A program made the position numbers and the translations under genes. A DNA stretch of 32,000 nt from Pseudoalteromonas tetraodonis (GTDB lineage: Bacteria > Pseudomonadota > Gammaproteobacteria > Enterobacterales > Alteromonadaceae): assembly GCF_002310835.1 (NCBI RefSeq), contig NZ_CP011041.1, forward strand, positions 1,650,001 to 1,682,000. Reading direction: 5' to 3'. Positions 10,619 through 18,891 of this stretch are shown piece by piece. Within the stretch, counting starts at the first letter, position 1. Each line of letters opens with the position of its first letter. Under the pieces are notes generated by a model. That model saw only the letters and a list, made by a program, of their open reading frames with translations, had not been told where the DNA came from and did no database searches.

Positions 10619-11449
10619 TTATTTTAAACGAATAGACTTAGCTTCAATATCAATTAAGCCTTGTTTAAATAAACCGCCAATGGCTTTTTTGTAATTTGCT
10701 TTGCTGGTCGAAAAGACTTTTTTAATTAATTCAGGATCAGACTTATCGCCTATGGCTAATATGCCACCCTCATCCTTTAGTTTTTCCATTATTTTTTCAC
10801 CAAGCTCGCTTACTTTACCCATGCCTGGTTTTTCAAGTATGACGTCAATTTTTCCGTCTTCACGTACTTTTTGAATAAATCCTTTTAGCTTTTGACCAAC
10901 AAACAGGTTTTTAAACACCATGTTGTAAAACACGACGCCAAAATGGGATTCTTCAATAAGCACCTTGTAACCAATATCAGTTTTGCCTGCAACAATTAAG
11001 TCAACTTCTTGTAAGTGACTATACTGAGGCTCATCTTTTGATAAAAAACGGTTAAAGTTAGTTGAGGCACAAATACGCTGACTGGCGTTATCAAGATATA
11101 AACGCACTAAATATGAGTAGCCTTCTTGCATACGTGGTTTTTGTTCATTAAACGGTGCGAGTACGTCTTTTTCTAAGCCCCAATCTAAAAACGCGCCTAT
11201 GCTGTTTATTTCTTTTACACGCAGTAGGGCATATTCACCCACTTGAGCATGCGGCTTTTTAGTTGTGGCTGTTGGCAGGTTTGCATTATCTAAAAATGTG
11301 AATACACTGATGCTATCGCCGGCTTCAAGCTCATGTTTTATTTCATGTTTAGGTAAAAAAACTTCACCTAAGTCATGCCCATCTAAATAGGCACCTTCGT
11401 TGCTGACTTCTTTAACAAAAAGGGTTTGGGTGGTTCCTAGGTAACTCAT
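10619..11449 (-). CDS. S1-like RNA-binding protein, CvfB/YitL family
   Basis: This 276-aa protein has repeated S1-like beta-barrel segments (GAYLDG...GEVFLP; GAFLDWGLEKDVLAP) and a C-terminal winged-helix-like tail. Its start lies 2 nt after the helicase stop. Confidence 0.75.
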   Translation of the reverse strand: MSYLGTTQTLFVKEVSNEGAYLDGHDLGEVFLPKHEIKHELEAGDSISVFTFLDNANLPTATTKKPHAQVGEYALLRVKEINSIGAFLDWGLEKDVLAPFNEQKPRMQEGYSYLVRLYLDNASQRICASTNFNRFLSKDEPQYSHLQEVDLIVAGKTDIGYKVLIEESHFGVVFYNMVFKNLFVGQKLKGFIQKVREDGKIDVILEKPGMGKVSELGEKIMEKLKDEGGILAIGDKSDPELIKKVFSTSKANYKKAIGGLFKQGLIDIEAKSIRLK

Positions 11450-11451
11450 AA

Positions 11452-12798
11452 TTATTCCTGCTCAGGCTTTTTTTTACGACGCATCGGGGTATCACCATCA
11501 ATATTAAGAGGTGCTTTAATTGGGGCCGCTGGCTTTTTCGGTTTTGCTTTTCGTTTTGGCTGTGGCTTATTCGCGGTCACTGCTTTTTTAGTCGGTTTAA
11601 TTGGCGCTACTTTTTTCTCTTTAATACCTTTAAATTTCGCTTTGAAACCCTCAACAGCAGCAAACGATAATTCATCATTTAAAAATGATTTTATTGCCAA
11701 GTAACTTGCCCAATCTTTAGGGCCCACAAGTGATAATGCGTTACCTTTAAAACCAGCACGACCAGTTCTACCAATACGATGAACGTATTCTTCTGCGTGT
11801 TTTGGTAAATCAAAGTTAATAACATGGGTAACACTGAGTAAATCTAAACCGCGCGAAGCAACATCTGTAGTAATTAATATTTTAAAGTTTTCACGGCTAA
11901 ACGCATCCATAATATCAAGGCGCTTACTTTGAGTTAAATCCCCAGCTAATGCGACAGATTTAAAGCCTTTACTATTTAATGATTCACTTAAACGGCTGGT
12001 ATCAGCTCGTGTGGCAGTAAATATAATGCACTGGCCGACGTTATCTTGGTTTAAAAAGTGCTCAAGCAGTGCTTCTTTATGATCAAGGTGGTCAGCTAAA
12101 TACAATGTTTGTTTAATATCACTGTGTTGCTCATTGGCTGCACTGAGCATAATTTGTTTTGGTTTTTTTAATAAATTACGCGATAACGCATCAACTTGAG
12201 CATGATCTAATGTCGCCGAAAACAACAAAGTTTGACGAAGACGATGATCGGCCAGTTCATTAATTAATTTAAGTTGATCGGTAAAACCTAAATCTAAAAT
12301 ACGGTCAGCTTCATCAAATATAAGTAACTCTAGGCCACTTAATTGTAATGAACGTTGCTTTAAATGATCGGCTAAACGACCCGGTGTGGCGACCACAAAG
12401 TGAGGGTCGTTACGCAGTGCTTTAATTTGGTCGTTAAAATTTTCGCCACCGAGGATTTTAACGGCCTTTATGTTGGTACCGGCAATAAGTAATCGAAGTT
12501 GAGTAAAAACTTGGGTCGCAAGCTCACGAGTTGGAGCAACAATAAGTACACGAGGATCACGTTTACTGAGTGCTTTTTGTTTCATTACACGCTGCACAGC
12601 CGGTAATAAAAACGCTAAAGTTTTGCCTGACCCAGTTTTTGACTGAGCGAAAATGTCATGTCCCGCCAGTGCCGTTGGCACAGCATGAGCTTGAATATCG
12701 GTAGGCTGGGTGATCCCTTGGTGCGCTAATTGTGTTTCTAGGCGAGTATCAATCCCAAGATCAGTAAAGTGCAATGTATGTTTCTCCAATATGAGCAA
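11452..12798 (-). CDS. DEAD-box ATP-dependent RNA helicase (RhlE-like) with a basic C-terminal tail
   Basis: Motifs present are AQSKTGSGKTLAF (I), PTRELA (Ia), DEAD (II), SAT (III) and HRIGRTGRAG (VI). There is no in-frame ATG at the 5' end. Candidate starts are TTG 12798 and TTG 12774; the latter gives MHFTDLGI... with GGAG 9 nt upstream. Confidence 0.9.
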   Translation of the reverse strand: MLILEKHTLHFTDLGIDTRLETQLAHQGITQPTDIQAHAVPTALAGHDIFAQSKTGSGKTLAFLLPAVQRVMKQKALSKRDPRVLIVAPTRELATQVFTQLRLLIAGTNIKAVKILGGENFNDQIKALRNDPHFVVATPGRLADHLKQRSLQLSGLELLIFDEADRILDLGFTDQLKLINELADHRLRQTLLFSATLDHAQVDALSRNLLKKPKQIMLSAANEQHSDIKQTLYLADHLDHKEALLEHFLNQDNVGQCIIFTATRADTSRLSESLNSKGFKSVALAGDLTQSKRLDIMDAFSRENFKILITTDVASRGLDLLSVTHVINFDLPKHAEEYVHRIGRTGRAGFKGNALSLVGPKDWASYLAIKSFLNDELSFAAVEGFKAKFKGIKEKKVAPIKPTKKAVTANKPQPKRKAKPKKPAAPIKAPLNIDGDTPMRRKKKPEQE

Positions 12799-12820
12799 GT
12801 CTGTATAAATTTATCCGCGC

Positions 12821-12826
12821 ATTATA
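12821..12826 (-). promoter_or_regulatory. Candidate -10 box for the helicase operon
   Basis: A perfect TATAAT on the minus strand lies about 25-45 nt upstream of the candidate TTG starts. The -35 element is weak. Confidence 0.3.
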
Positions 12827-12980
12827 GCCCACTGAGCTACTGCGCTAACAGTAAAAAGCGCATTATCATCCATTTTTTTGCATTTAAATAAAAAAAGCGT
12901 AAAATACGCGCCCCATATGCGCCGGATTTACGATTCGGTAAACCGCCCCTTGCGGGTTTTAAAAGCAAAATAGGAATACC

Positions 12981-13988
12981 ATGACTGCTGTCCATAAAGA
13001 TAATGTAACCAGCGAACACTTTGTTGTATGCGCTCTGTATAAATTTGTTTCTCTGCCGGATTTTGAAGCACTTCGCCAACCTTTACTTAATGTAATGGAG
13101 CAAAACGAAGTACGAGGCACTTTATTAATTGCCGCAGAGGGGATTAACGGTACTGTCTCTGCAAAACGTGAAGGCATAGATAATTTACTTGCGTGGTTAG
13201 ACACCCAACCAAATTTAGACAACATTGTTACCAAAGAATCATTTGATGACGAATGCCCGTTTTATCGCACAAAAGTTAAGCTGAAAAAAGAAATTGTGAC
13301 TATGGGTGTTGAAGGCGTAGACCCATTAAAAGTAGTGGGCAGTTATGTTAAGCCACATGAATGGAATGCCCTTATTTCTGATCCAGAGGTGATCCTTGTT
13401 GATACCCGTAATGATTACGAAATTGAAATTGGTACGTTTCAAAACGCAGTAGATCCAAACACTAAAACGTTCCGTGAATTTCCTCAGTGGGCCAAAGAAA
13501 ACCTAGACCCATCAAAACATAAAAAAGTAGCCATGTTTTGTACTGGTGGTATTCGCTGTGAAAAATCAACAGCCTATATGAAAGAGCAAGGTTTTGATGA
13601 GGTATATCACCTTGAAGGCGGCATATTAAAATACCTAGAAGAAGTGCCAAAAGAAGAAACCATGTGGGAAGGCGAGTGTTTTGTATTTGATAACCGTGTA
13701 GCGGTAAATCATGACTTACAAAAAGGCTCATACGATCAATGTCACGCATGTCGCATGCCTATCACAGAAGAAGAAAAGCAAAAGCCAGAATACATGGAAG
13801 GGGTGTCGTGTCACCACTGTATTGACAATGTAACCGATGAACAACGCGCTCGCTTTGCAGAGCGCCAAAAGCAAATAGAGCTTGCTCAAGCGCGCGGTGA
13901 AGGCCACATTGGTAACGAAGCACAAGCTGTTTTACAACAACGTAAAGAAGCTAAAAAAGCGCAAAAAGAAGCACAGCGAAATAAATAA
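12981..13988 (+). CDS. trhO: tRNA uridine(34) hydroxylase, rhodanese-domain protein (YceA/UPF0176 family)
   Basis: This 335-aa protein has YKF...EGINGT in the N-domain and the rhodanese active-site loop [11 protein letters not shown]. The C-terminal region is Cys-rich and ends in a Lys-rich tail. Confidence 0.88.
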   Translation: MTAVHKDNVTSEHFVVCALYKFVSLPDFEALRQPLLNVMEQNEVRGTLLIAAEGINGTVSAKREGIDNLLAWLDTQPNLDNIVTKESFDDECPFYRTKVKLKKEIVTMGVEGVDPLKVVGSYVKPHEWNALISDPEVILVDTRNDYEIEIGTFQNAVDPNTKTFREFPQWAKENLDPSKHKKVAMFCTGGIRCEKSTAYMKEQGFDEVYHLEGGILKYLEEVPKEETMWEGECFVFDNRVAVNHDLQKGSYDQCHACRMPITEEEKQKPEYMEGVSCHHCIDNVTDEQRARFAERQKQIELAQARGEGHIGNEAQAVLQQRKEAKKAQKEAQRNK

Positions 13989-14017
13989 GCGGTACTTTTT
14001 GTTTGTACGTTATTAAT

Positions 14018-14049
14018 AAAAAAACCTCAGTTTTAACTGAGGTTTTTTA
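14018..14049. terminator. Bidirectional terminator (trhO / lipoprotein gene)
   Basis: The sequence is AAAAAAACCTCAGT-TTTA-ACTGAGGTTTTTT. The T-run overlaps the stop codon of the minus-strand gene. Confidence 0.8.
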
Positions 14050-14484
14050 TTTTATACTCTTTTCACAATTGCTTGTATCTGTAGTAGAGAGCGTGACCTT
14101 GTTGGCAGCATTGACGAGCACACATTTTGTGTTTTTATCGAGCTTTTTCTTTTGAATAACGGTAAATTCACCTTCATCAGCAGCATATAGATTATACTGA
14201 TACGCGGTGTTGCCCCCTTCAAATAAAGCAGTAAATAATCCACCGACTAGTCCACCAACAATGGCGCCGCCAATCATTTCTTCTTTGTTGCCATCCAAGC
14301 TATCTACAAAGCCAAACCCCGCACCAGCAGCTATTCCAGTTCCCACTTCTGAGGAGAGTGTTACTTTTTGTATTGATTCAACAGACGCATAATAACGTTT
14401 AACAACTTGATTTTGATCTGCCCGATCAATCCCTGGTGATGCACAGCCTGATAGCAAGATCACCATAATTAAACTCTTTTTCAT
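14047..14484 (-). CDS. Glycine-zipper outer-membrane lipoprotein
   Basis: This 145-aa protein has signal peptide plus lipobox MKKSLIMVILLSGC. It contains Gly-zipper stretches GTGIAAGAGFG and GGAIVGGLVGGL. Confidence 0.75.
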   Translation of the reverse strand: MKKSLIMVILLSGCASPGIDRADQNQVVKRYYASVESIQKVTLSSEVGTGIAAGAGFGFVDSLDGNKEEMIGGAIVGGLVGGLFTALFEGGNTAYQYNLYAADEGEFTVIQKKKLDKNTKCVLVNAANKVTLSTTDTSNCEKSIK

Positions 14485-14705
14485 AAATGTGCCTTTAATA
14501 AAAATATTGATGAGCTAAATCATAGTCATAAATGTAATTTAAATATGTGTGGATTTTGTATGCAGCTGTAAAAATATGTAAGAGTGGCTAGCATGCTTAA
14601 TTTCAGCTTACTGTTTTGCTAATTTATCGTACTTAGCTATTTATTGATCATAGAGCTGTTAAACTACGTAACATAATGCAAATAATAATTAATTAGGGTG
14701 AACCT

Positions 14706-15722
14706 TTGAAATCGCGAATTTTTTTTACCAGCGTGTTTTTTTCTTTAATGTCGTTAAGTTTATCTGTAAAGAGTGCCAATGTCGTGGTGGAGCAGGTAGC
14801 GATGGAACATGCTAAAGAGCAAGTTCAGGCTGTCGGTAACGCCGAAGCAATTCATTCGGTTATTTTATATCCGGCTGTGGGCGATAAAGTAACTGCGGTG
14901 CATTTTAAACCGGGTGATAGCGTAAAGGCCAGTGATGTGTTACTCGAACTTGATTCACGCAGACAAAAAGCGGCACTTGAAGAGGCAAAAATAAAACTTG
15001 CTGACACCCAAAGAACCCTCGCACGTTTAAAGCAAAGCCAAGCAAAAGGGGCTGTGCCACAAAGTGATGTGGATGATGCAAAAACAGTTGTTGAATTAGC
15101 AAAAGTGACCCTTACCCAAGCAGAAACAGAATTTGAAGACCGCCAAGTTCGTGCGCCTTTTAACGGCACTATGGGACTTACCGACGTTGAAGTGGGTGAC
15201 AGAATTACTCCCCAAACGGCGATTGCAAGTATTGATGATACGCGTGCTTTATATATAAACTTTAACGCCCCAGAATCGGCCGTTTATATGCTGCGCAATA
15301 AAGGCAATGTAAAAGTATTCCCTTGGCAGTCACAAAATGCTGTAAACGCAAAAATTGCTTATCTAGATTCACGAATAGACCCACAAACCCGCACCTTACG
15401 TGTAAAAGCGCAGCTTGAAAACCCGCAGCAAAAGTTCTTACCTGGCATGAGTTTTCGTGTTCATATTGAAGTAGAAGGGCAACGTTTTGCTGCTGTACCT
15501 GAGGCGGCATTACTGTGGGGAGCAACAGGCCCTTACGTATGGACAAGTGTTGATAAAAAAGCCACTCGAATTGATGTTAAAATTGAACAGCGCCTTGCAG
15601 GTCGTTTATTAGTTTCGGGGGCTTTAAAAGAACAAGATAACTTAGTGGTAGAGGGCGTACAGCGCTTACGAGCTAACCAAGAGCTAAGCTTCTCAGCGCC
15701 AATCGCTAATACGCAGGAGTAG
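14706..15722 (+). CDS. RND efflux periplasmic adaptor (membrane fusion protein)
   Basis: This 338-aa protein has a TTG start, a signal/anchor sequence, a coiled-coil hairpin region and the RAPFNG motif typical of the HlyD/AcrA family. It ends 2 nt before the pump gene. Confidence 0.88.
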   Translation: MKSRIFFTSVFFSLMSLSLSVKSANVVVEQVAMEHAKEQVQAVGNAEAIHSVILYPAVGDKVTAVHFKPGDSVKASDVLLELDSRRQKAALEEAKIKLADTQRTLARLKQSQAKGAVPQSDVDDAKTVVELAKVTLTQAETEFEDRQVRAPFNGTMGLTDVEVGDRITPQTAIASIDDTRALYINFNAPESAVYMLRNKGNVKVFPWQSQNAVNAKIAYLDSRIDPQTRTLRVKAQLENPQQKFLPGMSFRVHIEVEGQRFAAVPEAALLWGATGPYVWTSVDKKATRIDVKIEQRLAGRLLVSGALKEQDNLVVEGVQRLRANQELSFSAPIANTQE

Positions 15723-15724
15723 CC

Positions 15725-18700
15725 ATGAAACAGCAACCTATGATGCAAGACTTGCCATCAATGGCTATTCGCCGCCCAGTGCTTATTGTGGTACTGAATT
15801 TACTGATTATTATTGCCGGAATTGCCGCCATAGCTGGCGTAGAAGTTCGAGAGCTTCCAGATGTAGACAGACCCCGTATTACTGTATCAGCCTCGTTCCC
15901 TGGTGGTTCACCTGAAACCGTTGATACCGAAGTTACCAGTAAACTTGAAGGTGCCGTGGCCCGCGTGAGCGGTGTTAAATCGATTCGTGCACAAAGTGAA
16001 GAAGGTAATTCACGCATTGTGGTTGAATTTAGACCGGGTGTTAATCTTGACGACGCCGCGAATGAAACGCGTGAGTCCGTTGCTCGAGTGCAAAGAGAGC
16101 TCCCTGAAGAGGTAGAGCGCGTTTCTATTATTAAGGCTGATAACGACGCTGAAGCGGTGGTTTCATTAACAGTATCAAGTGAAAGCTTATCGTTAGAGGC
16201 TTTAACAGAGCGGGTTGATGTTGACTTAGCGCCGCAGTTTTTAACTATTCCTGGCGTTGCCGACGTACGATTAAACGGCGATAGAGAACGTGTGCTCAGG
16301 GTTCGCATTGATCCATTAAAGCTCAGCAGTTTTAACTTAACGATTCCAGATGTTGCCGATGTACTCAGACAAGCCCCCTTTGATGTGCCTGCAGGGAGTT
16401 TAAAATCAAACGATCAGCAAATAATAGTGCGCGCTGATGCAACGTCTGTTACCCCCGCACAGGTGGGCGATATTATAATTCAGGGCGATACCCGTATTAG
16501 CGATATCGCCGCGGTATATTTTGGCCCAGCCGATCCGCGCTCTATGGTAAGACTTAATGGTAAACCTGTTATTGGTATGGAAATTATTCGCCAAGCACAG
16601 TCCAACACCATCGAAATTTCTGATGAAGTACTCAACCTTATAGAGGGAATGCGTGAGCGCTTTCCTGAGATGGAGTTTACGCTAACATCAGATGATGCGC
16701 AGTTTATTAGAAGCTCAGTAGATGAAGTGATTAACTCATTGGTTCTAACGGTACTGCTAGTGATCATCACCTTATGGGTGTTTATTGGTTCATGGCGTGC
16801 AACATTAGTCCCAGCATTTGCCATTCCTGTTGCGCTTATAGGTTCATTAGCTCTGATATGGGCACTTGGGTTTTCAATTAATATTTTAACCTTATTAGCA
16901 CTGGTATTAGCGACAGGATTAATTGTTGATGATGCAATTGTAGTGAGTGAAAATATTCAACGCCAGCGAGGGTTAGGCCTTGGAAGGCGTGCCGCAGCGG
17001 TTGTTGGTACCCGTGAAGTATTTTTTGCCGTTATTGCCACCACTGCAGTATTAGCGGCTGTGTTTGTACCCATCGCATTTTTACCCTCTACAGCAGGGCG
17101 TTTATTTAGGGAGTTTGGTGGCGTACTAGCTGGTGCGGTAATTATATCTAGCTTTGTTGCGTTATCGTTAGTGCCGGCGCTCACCTCTAAACTAAAGCTT
17201 AAGCAAGGTGGTTTTCATCCCTTTGCGAAATTTGGTAACGTGCTTGCCAATATTTATACCAAAACAATTCATAAAGTACTGGATCATGCGTGGGTTACCT
17301 TTATTGTTTGTTTATTAGTTGCAGGCGGTTCGGGTGCTTTGTATATGAGTTTAGATAACGAACTGCTCCCTACTGAAGACCGCGGTAAAATTAGAATATT
17401 TGCCCGCGGACCTGATGGCGTAGGCTTAAATTTTATGGATAGACAAGCCATTAAAATGGAAGATACCTTACTGCCTTTCGTTGAAAGTGGTGAAATTGAG
17501 TCTATTTACACTGTGGTTGGGCAATGGGATCCCAATATTGTGTTTATTACTGTGCCATTAAAGCATTGGGATGAACGTAACTTTAGCCAACAAGAAATTA
17601 TTAATAAAATTCGCCAGCCTTTAGGTAACATCCCTGGTGCACCTGCTTACCCTGGTGGTGCAAATAGCTTAAATTTACGTGGCCAAGGTGGCGGCATAGA
17701 AATCGCTTTACTGGGACAAGATTACCTTGAAATATTTAAGGCTGCACAGCAGTTTTCAGCTGATCTTGAAAAAGCCGTGCCAGAGGTTGCGCCGGTAAGA
17801 GTATCGTATCAGCCATCGCAGCCGCAATTGCGTGTTAATATTGACAGACGACGCGCAGAAGAACTTGGCGTGTCTTTAAGTGATATCGCAATTACGTTAA
17901 GAGCCGCTATTAATGGTGACGATATCGCTGATTTAAACATTGGCGATCAATCTATTCCTATTATGCTACAGGCACAAAATCAAACTATTAACGACCCAAG
18001 TGATTTAGCAAACTTGTTTATTAGAGCTCGTAATAATCAATTGGTACCGCTCAGTAGTGTCGCTAACATTTCAGAGGAAGGGGTTGCTGCCGAGCTTGAG
18101 CGTCATGCTCAGCGCCGTGCCATAGAGCTCAGTATGGAGCTGCCTGAAGGCTTAACAATTGCCACCTTAGTGGAGCAAATAAAGCAAGTGTCTGAGCAAT
18201 CATTACCAGCAGGTATTACCCTTGCGTTTAAAGGGGAAGCACTGACATTTGAAGAAACCTCCAACGAAGTATTAATGACCTACGTATTGGCATTTTTAAT
18301 TGTGTTTTTAGTACTTGCGGCGCAATTTGAAAATGTTAACAGTGCAATCGTGGTAATGATCACTGTACCATTTGGGATTACATCGGCCATTTTAGCGCTG
18401 TATTTAACCGGTACCTCACTGAATATTTACTCGCAAATAGGCCTAGTGATGTTAATTGGGTTAATCGCTAAAAATGCGATTTTATTAGTCGAGTTTGCTG
18501 ATCAATTAAGAGATCAGGGGCTGAGTGTTCGAAAAGCGGTTGAACAAGCTGCATTGGTACGTTTAAGACCAATCACCATGACCTTAATATCGACCTTACT
18601 AGGTGCGTTACCCCTAATTATGTCAACAGGTGCCGGAGCAGAAGCACGTAATGCCATTGGTTGGGTGGTATTTGGTGGACTAGCCTTAGCGGTATTGTTT

Positions 18701-18805
18701 ACGCTTTACTTAACACCGGTGATTTATTTAGGATTAGCCCGCTTTACCAGTCCTCGTGGCGATGAGTCAAAGCAATTAGCCCAAGAGCTGGAGCAACTTG
18801 ACTAA
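15725..18805 (+). CDS. RND efflux permease (AcrB/AcrD/AcrF family)
   Basis: This 1026-aa protein has the 12-TM architecture with two large periplasmic loops. It carries the conserved LATGLIVDDAIVV and LIAKNAILLVEFA segments. Confidence 0.93.
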   Translation: MKQQPMMQDLPSMAIRRPVLIVVLNLLIIIAGIAAIAGVEVRELPDVDRPRITVSASFPGGSPETVDTEVTSKLEGAVARVSGVKSIRAQSEEGNSRIVVEFRPGVNLDDAANETRESVARVQRELPEEVERVSIIKADNDAEAVVSLTVSSESLSLEALTERVDVDLAPQFLTIPGVADVRLNGDRERVLRVRIDPLKLSSFNLTIPDVADVLRQAPFDVPAGSLKSNDQQIIVRADATSVTPAQVGDIIIQGDTRISDIAAVYFGPADPRSMVRLNGKPVIGMEIIRQAQSNTIEISDEVLNLIEGMRERFPEMEFTLTSDDAQFIRSSVDEVINSLVLTVLLVIITLWVFIGSWRATLVPAFAIPVALIGSLALIWALGFSINILTLLALVLATGLIVDDAIVVSENIQRQRGLGLGRRAAAVVGTREVFFAVIATTAVLAAVFVPIAFLPSTAGRLFREFGGVLAGAVIISSFVALSLVPALTSKLKLKQGGFHPFAKFGNVLANIYTKTIHKVLDHAWVTFIVCLLVAGGSGALYMSLDNELLPTEDRGKIRIFARGPDGVGLNFMDRQAIKMEDTLLPFVESGEIESIYTVVGQWDPNIVFITVPLKHWDERNFSQQEIINKIRQPLGNIPGAPAYPGGANSLNLRGQGGGIEIALLGQDYLEIFKAAQQFSADLEKAVPEVAPVRVSYQPSQPQLRVNIDRRRAEELGVSLSDIAITLRAAINGDDIADLNIGDQSIPIMLQAQNQTINDPSDLANLFIRARNNQLVPLSSVANISEEGVAAELERHAQRRAIELSMELPEGLTIATLVEQIKQVSEQSLPAGITLAFKGEALTFEETSNEVLMTYVLAFLIVFLVLAAQFENVNSAIVVMITVPFGITSAILALYLTGTSLNIYSQIGLVMLIGLIAKNAILLVEFADQLRDQGLSVRKAVEQAALVRLRPITMTLISTLLGALPLIMSTGAGAEARNAIGWVVFGGLALAVLFTLYLTPVIYLGLARFTSPRGDESKQLAQELEQLD

Positions 18806-18815
18806 CTAATTACGC

Positions 18816-18851
18816 TAATTGGCTATTTTTCTTTGAAAAAATAGCCAATTA
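18816..18851. promoter_or_regulatory. Perfect 15-bp-arm palindrome (terminator-like hairpin or operator)
   Basis: The sequence is TAATTGGCTATTTTT-CTTTGA-AAAAATAGCCAATTA. It starts 11 nt after the RND stop and ends 40 nt before the next start. No U-tract follows on either strand. Confidence 0.5.
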
Positions 18852-18891
18852 AGCCCACAATTCAACTAGATTAAAGCCACAAGGATCACCT

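Noticed and set aside
12825-12845. On the minus strand, a 21-nt stretch (GCGCAGTAGCTCAGTGGGCTA) resembles a tRNA acceptor stem plus D-arm.
   Set aside because: The D-stem does not close (the next bases are TAATGCGCGG rather than GAGC). No anticodon arm, T-arm or 3' acceptor strand follows. The stretch overlaps the TATAAT promoter element of the helicase gene. It is most likely chance, or at best an ancient tRNA fragment.
12837-13234. Minus-strand ORFs 12837-13079 and 12959-13234 across the helicase/trhO divergent region.
   Set aside because: They overlap the trhO N-terminus and the promoter region. They have no homology-like features, and trhO on the opposite strand is well supported.
14706-18805. 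I considered the RND adaptor and pump pair, which lacks an adjacent TetR-type regulator or outer-membrane factor, as a possibly unusual efflux system.
   Set aside because: Two-gene RND operons that rely on a distal TolC and remote regulators are common. Nothing in the sequences departs from canonical AcrA/AcrB-type architecture.
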